Below, in pieces: positions 59,795 to 64,000 of a stretch of 64,000 nucleotides of DNA. Position 1 is the first letter of the stretch. Every line of letters starts with the position of its first letter. Origin of the DNA: Diplonema japonicum (taxonomy: Eukaryota; Protista; Euglenozoa: Diplonemea); NCBI GenBank assembly GCA_964019335.1, contig OZ025693.1, positions 1 to 64,000 on the forward strand, written 5' to 3'. Both the position numbers and the translations under genes were made by a program. Under the pieces are notes generated by a model. It saw nothing but the letters and a program-made list of their open reading frames with translations, was not told where the DNA came from and searched no databases.

Positions 59795-60288
59795 GGAAGA
59801 AAAAAAAAAGAAAGAAAAAAAAAAAGTTTAAAATATCTTTTTGCAACATTTGTTATTTGGTATTTATAGCTATCTAAAACAAAGAATTATGCTGGCGGCG
59901 CTCTATGATACAAAAGCCCACTTTATTGGGAACGAAAGGTTTTGTAACCGTTGCTCAAAACAAAGAATTACCTTGCTCGCCCCCCCCCCCCTTTTTTTTC
60001 TTTCATCTCTTTTTGAACCTCAGAGATTGTGTTCACAGGTAACAACTCGGCCGAACCACTACTTTTTTTTCCCCCCCTTCGTTTTCTTTCTTTTTTTTTT
60101 TTTTTTTTTTTTACACAAAGTGTTTAAATAAAAAATAAAAAAATAAAAAAAAAGCATTTCCTTTCTATTCTTTTTTTTTTTTTTTTTTTGTGCAAATCAC
60201 CCTTCCATTTTCCTTTTATTACCTGGTATAGCACATGAAGAGACACACAATTCATAAAAGCAGTAGTGCTCTAAATAAAAAAAAAATA

Positions 60289-61935
60289 CTATAAACTCTT
60301 CGACCGCAGCCTCGCAATATCAATTTGCTGCACCATAGTAGAATAGTCATACTCGGGGTCATAGGAAGCTGGTTCAAGAACTTCGTAATTTGCCAGGCCG
60401 AACTTTCGCAGGCTGACCGGCCCGCGGGATGTCATCTCAAGCAACCTCCAACAGTGCTGCAGCAAGGGCCGGTAAGAAGATCTTTGAGAAATGCGGATAA
60501 AAGCACCATTCGCGTTACCACAGGTAGTATGGTTGTCCATCACCTTGAACGCTTCACGGTACTCTGCAATGTCAAGAGCAAGGTCTTCAGAAGAAGCAGT
60601 GTAAGGGAGCAAATCGTGAAGAACCTCCTCTGTTCCATCAGGCTGTTGCACCCTGTCCAAAGGGATGCAAACAAATTGAGGTCCCAGGGAATCGACAAGA
60701 GAAGGCGACAACACCACGTTGGCCCCCAACCCTTCCCCTAGCGAGGTTAGGCGTCGTATGTATTCTTGTATCCTTCCGCCCAGCACGAACATCGCGCAGC
60801 GATGCGAGTCAGACCGGACATGCCCAGCGGAGTTTTGTTCCTGTGTTACCGTTACGACAGCACCGTTGCATTCTTCTTTGAGTGCCAGTGCTGCTTTGCA
60901 CGCGACTTCTCCGTTTTGTGCAGCAGTTCTCTCGCTCCCCCGCCATAGGATCAGAGCGCTACCGTTGAAGACATCTACCACCGTTCCCTTGAAAGCTTCG
61001 GACACCAAGCACACGGCGGTCACGAACTGCTTCATGGATGTCACGCGTACCGATTGCCGCGACTTCACCGCCACACCCATCACCGTCAGGCACGAGGATT
61101 GCACGTTAAACTTCAACGCTGTAAACCGCAGGACCTCCTTTTGGTACAACGGGTCCAGTGGTGAGATATTCCCCGGCGGGTCATCGGACAAAGGCGAGCT
61201 GCTCAACGCCACAACATTCTCCGGTTTGTAAGTGAAAGCAGCATCTGATATAAATGGACGCAACACATCGCAAGAGGAAATGAGCTTTGTCAGCGCGAGG
61301 CATTCAGGGAAGTTGGAAGTGATGTGCGAGGGGCTGAGGGGCTTGTTCTGCCTAATATTCGTCGCTGCAGCATCGATCTGTTTCTGAATGTATGTCACGC
61401 GTTGAAACGTGGCCTGCAAACGAATATTTGTCCCGAACAGGACAAGGTTCACAACAAGAAGGAAGACCCTGTTCATGACCACTTGTCCTGTGGAAGCCTC
61501 ATCGCCGCATTTACATTCGCTGGGACCACCACCGCACTCAATACCCAGTTCCTCAAGTAACATAGTACCAAACGAAACAAACGCTTGAAACACCAACGCT
61601 ACCGTCCCCACCACAGTCTGCCCGTCGTAGAACATATATCTTGCCACACCCAGGTAGCCCACTATGAAAGAGTCGAGGCCTTGCCGTGAGGACCGGCAGT
61701 GCAATGTGACCCAGTGGAATATTTGGTAGCAGAACGGGAATATCAGTGAGCTGTAAGAGCATAGGTGGGAGTTCCCTGTTTTGTACTGATGGGCGGTGCC
61801 TGCCACTGTTATGATGGCATAGACCCCGACAAACACTGCGCACGCCATATATATGTCCTCAGATGTATCCAGGGAGACAAAGAACTGCGCTAAGACGAGG
61901 CATGCAAGAACAATGCTCGTTATCGATTCGTTCAT
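60289..61935 (-). CDS. Multi-TM membrane protein with degenerate class III nucleotide-cyclase-like domain
   Basis: About 6 hydrophobic segments, LRPFI linker, then GTVVDVFNGSALILW..ACKAAL..VLGG..IRRLTSL cyclase-fold pattern lacking the metal-binding aspartates. Confidence 0.6.
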   Translation of the reverse strand: MNESITSIVLACLVLAQFFVSLDTSEDIYMACAVFVGVYAIITVAGTAHQYKTGNSHLCSYSSLIFPFCYQIFHWVTLHCRSSRQGLDSFIVGYLGVARYMFYDGQTVVGTVALVFQAFVSFGTMLLEELGIECGGGPSECKCGDEASTGQVVMNRVFLLVVNLVLFGTNIRLQATFQRVTYIQKQIDAAATNIRQNKPLSPSHITSNFPECLALTKLISSCDVLRPFISDAAFTYKPENVVALSSSPLSDDPPGNISPLDPLYQKEVLRFTALKFNVQSSCLTVMGVAVKSRQSVRVTSMKQFVTAVCLVSEAFKGTVVDVFNGSALILWRGSERTAAQNGEVACKAALALKEECNGAVVTVTQEQNSAGHVRSDSHRCAMFVLGGRIQEYIRRLTSLGEGLGANVVLSPSLVDSLGPQFVCIPLDRVQQPDGTEEVLHDLLPYTASSEDLALDIAEYREAFKVMDNHTTCGNANGAFIRISQRSSYRPLLQHCWRLLEMTSRGPVSLRKFGLANYEVLEPASYDPEYDYSTMVQQIDIARLRSKSL

Positions 61936-62482
61936 AGTGGGACGCCACCTCCCCCCCCCCTCCCCCCGCCACACCCTTTGAAGGCAGTGAATGTGAGGAA
62001 TTTGACAGAAAAAGACAATAACCCCATTAAAGGACGAAGCGCTTAGATATCCTGCGATCAAGGGAAAAGTTTTAAAAAAAAAAAGGTTTTTTGCAAAGAA
62101 GAACGTAGTCCCAGCGACTTTTTTTTTTTGGCCCCTAAATTAAAAAAATCTCCGGGGAAAATCACCCGCACATGAGCGTCATCAAAGGGGGTTTTTTTTT
62201 TCTTTTTTTTCCAAGTGTCGTTCCATTGTTGCATGCTTCGAGGATGTTTAAATTTTTAGAAAAAAAGAATAACAAAAAAAAAAGTGGTGATCCAGATATG
62301 TATATTTCTTTGTTTTCCCCAAAACTCCCGTCCTTTAAATGGAAAAAAAAAAAAAAGAAACAAAAAAAATAACAGAACCGAATCTTTCCTGGGGGGGGGG
62401 GGGGGGAGCGGAAAATTTTTCATTTTTCCATAAGAATTAAGGGGGGGGGGGGGGTGTTATAAAAAAAAGTTAACTGCTAAAC

Positions 62483-63154
62483 TTATTTCGGAGGAGACGG
62501 TATGTGTTCAGAAGGAGAAGGTATTGTGTAGGATAGGCGGAAGTAGTACCGTTCACTGCTTTCTCCGTGGGTGCGCTTCTCAAGGGCGTCTTTAGAGGTG
62601 CGGAAGCCCTTTGTCAAGAGCTCCTCTTGAACGACAGTACGAAGAACCTCCACACCGCGTTCCTCAGCCATCCACTCGGGGAAGGTTTCGTGCAAAAAAT
62701 CTTCCTGTCCCGGGGGGATGTCGTAGGTTAAAGTCACTTTACCTTGATTAGCATCTTCAATCATGGACTGCATCACCCAGTCCACTGCACGAGCAGCTTT
62801 GCTTCGCACATTTGCGATCCACATTTTGTAGTGGTTGCAAACAGCGGTCTCCAAGGTCTTGTTGAAATCCCGGGCCTCTTCTTGGGGCGCCGCCGTTGCC
62901 TGTTGTAGTTGGTGTTGGTTCAGAAGGATGTTCTGCTGCTGGACGGCGAGGTCCTTTAGTGCCTGCATCGTGTCGCTTAAGGTTTCATCTTTCTCGATCC
63001 CCACCCCTTTCAACACCTCCATGCTGTATAACACCTCCGCCGCTTCACTTGGTTTCAGCCTGCGTATCAATGGGTTCAGCCGTCCGCTCCCCTCGCTCAC
63101 TTGTTTATCTTCACTTTCAGGCACATCAACACCTACATCTTCAACCTCAGTCAT
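62483..63154 (-). CDS. Hypothetical protein, 223 aa
   Basis: Clean ORF after an A-tract leader. Confidence 0.7.
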   Translation of the reverse strand: MTEVEDVGVDVPESEDKQVSEGSGRLNPLIRRLKPSEAAEVLYSMEVLKGVGIEKDETLSDTMQALKDLAVQQQNILLNQHQLQQATAAPQEEARDFNKTLETAVCNHYKMWIANVRSKAARAVDWVMQSMIEDANQGKVTLTYDIPPGQEDFLHETFPEWMAEERGVEVLRTVVQEELLTKGFRTSKDALEKRTHGESSERYYFRLSYTIPSPSEHIPSPPK

Positions 63155-63155
63155 T

Positions 63156-63188
<33 letters not shown>

Positions 63189-63300
63189 GTAAGCAAGGAC
63201 AAATAAAGCCCCCTTCAAGAAGAATGAAAAGAAAAGGGATTGGAAGAAGAAGAAAAAAAAGTAACCGAATAAGTAAGAGGATACAAAAAAATAAAAAAAA

Positions 63301-63676
63301 CTCAAAGTACAGGACAAGCCCCCCGCTAGAGGGCCGCCCTATGGGAGGGGGGTCTATCTGTTAATACTCCCCTTCTGGAGCATTGCTTTCATTCCGATTG
63401 AGGCCGTGAGCGTCTTGCGGAGTCGTGTGATGCGGTCCCGCTTGTAGTCGGCTTTCAATTCCATTAGCTTGTCGTGCGTGGAGCGGGTGGCGAAAATAGG
63501 CCTCCTGGAGAAACCAATAGCTGCCTTTCCTCCAATGGCGATGAGGGACTTCACTCTTTTTCTCTCGTCCGCTGGGAAGGGGCGTCGCTTCTTCCGTGCC
63601 CTGCATGCTGTGTTTATCTTTACGATGAGAGCTTTGATTCTGCGCGCCCTATCTTCCAGCAGGCCTCCCAAAGACT
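63301..63676 (-). mobile_element. 5'-truncated LINE family 2, 3' end, copy 2
   Basis: Near-identical to 34792-35127 and ~40 nt longer at the 5' side; ends ..CTTTGAG(T)n. Confidence 0.85.
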
Positions 63677-63841
63677 AAAAAAGGCAAGGAGTTACCCCCC
63701 CCCCCCCCCCCCCCTGTCACAAAAAAAACCGATGGGCTACGAAACATGTTTGTTGAGTTTCTTTTTTCTTTTTTTTTTTCCAAGAGAAAATTGAGAGAGC
63801 TGAGCACAGAAAAAGAAGAAAAAAAAACGGGGGGGGGGGAA

Positions 63842-64000
63842 TTATTTTGAGGCCAGTCTTCTGCTAAAGGCGCCGTAGCACGCCTCGATGTCGAACTGTG
63901 CCTGGCGTGCCTGGTCGGGGTTCAGTTCCTCCGCCGCTTTCATCTCGTTCACAATTCGCAGCCAGTTCCGGACAGGCTCCAGCCCCTGAAGGTCCGGGAA
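63842..64000 (-). CDS. VPS28: VPS28 (ESCRT-I) C-terminal end, partial; gene begins beyond the window
   Basis: Not in the ORF track. FPDLQGLEPVRNWLRIVNEMKAAEELNPDQARQAQFDIEACYGAFSRRLASK* matches the VPS28 C-terminal WL..L..M.A.DEL...Q.RQ..FDLE..Y..F pattern. Confidence 0.85.
   Translation of the reverse strand, partial: FPDLQGLEPVRNWLRIVNEMKAAEELNPDQARQAQFDIEACYGAFSRRLASK

Overview
Eukaryotic nuclear DNA, most consistent with a euglenozoan protist of diplonemid type (inference). About 23-25 protein-coding genes all lie on the minus strand as one unidirectional, polycistron-like array. They sit in compact islands separated by spacers dominated by long A/T/G/C homopolymers, which account for most of the spurious poly-K/poly-F ORFs in the track. 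Many genes carry tiny (30-66 nt) GT-AG introns, often A-rich, that I resolved by hand. Recognisable products: SLBP-like protein, CK1, SpoU methyltransferase, tRNA-splicing endonuclease subunit, NAD-type homodimeric IDH with an EF-hand, inactive alpha-carbonic anhydrase, a pseudokinase, a Ubl/pseudo-caspase/IQ protein, a SAM protein, an OPR/FASTK-like repeat protein, an ATG27/M6PR-tail membrane protein, a CAMK-SWIM kinase, RSP4/6, Scd6/LSM14, a CCCH-PAM2 protein, a GH5 glucanase, a signal-peptide TTL-like ligase, a degenerate cyclase receptor and the 3' end of VPS28. Mobile DNA comprises two related LINE families, a ~320-bp SINE-like family with two interchangeable 3' tails, and two TA-flanked Tc1/mariner-like elements; there is also an LSU rRNA relic. 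The most interesting signal is a retroelement set whose members are co-oriented with the genes, end in a 3' stem-loop plus oligo(T) rather than poly(A), and in four cases sit at the polypyrimidine tract about 90-150 nt upstream of a start codon. This goes with an apparent T-tract (trans-splice) versus A-tract (cis-intron and 5'UTR) strand code. All annotations are by eye; no searches were run.
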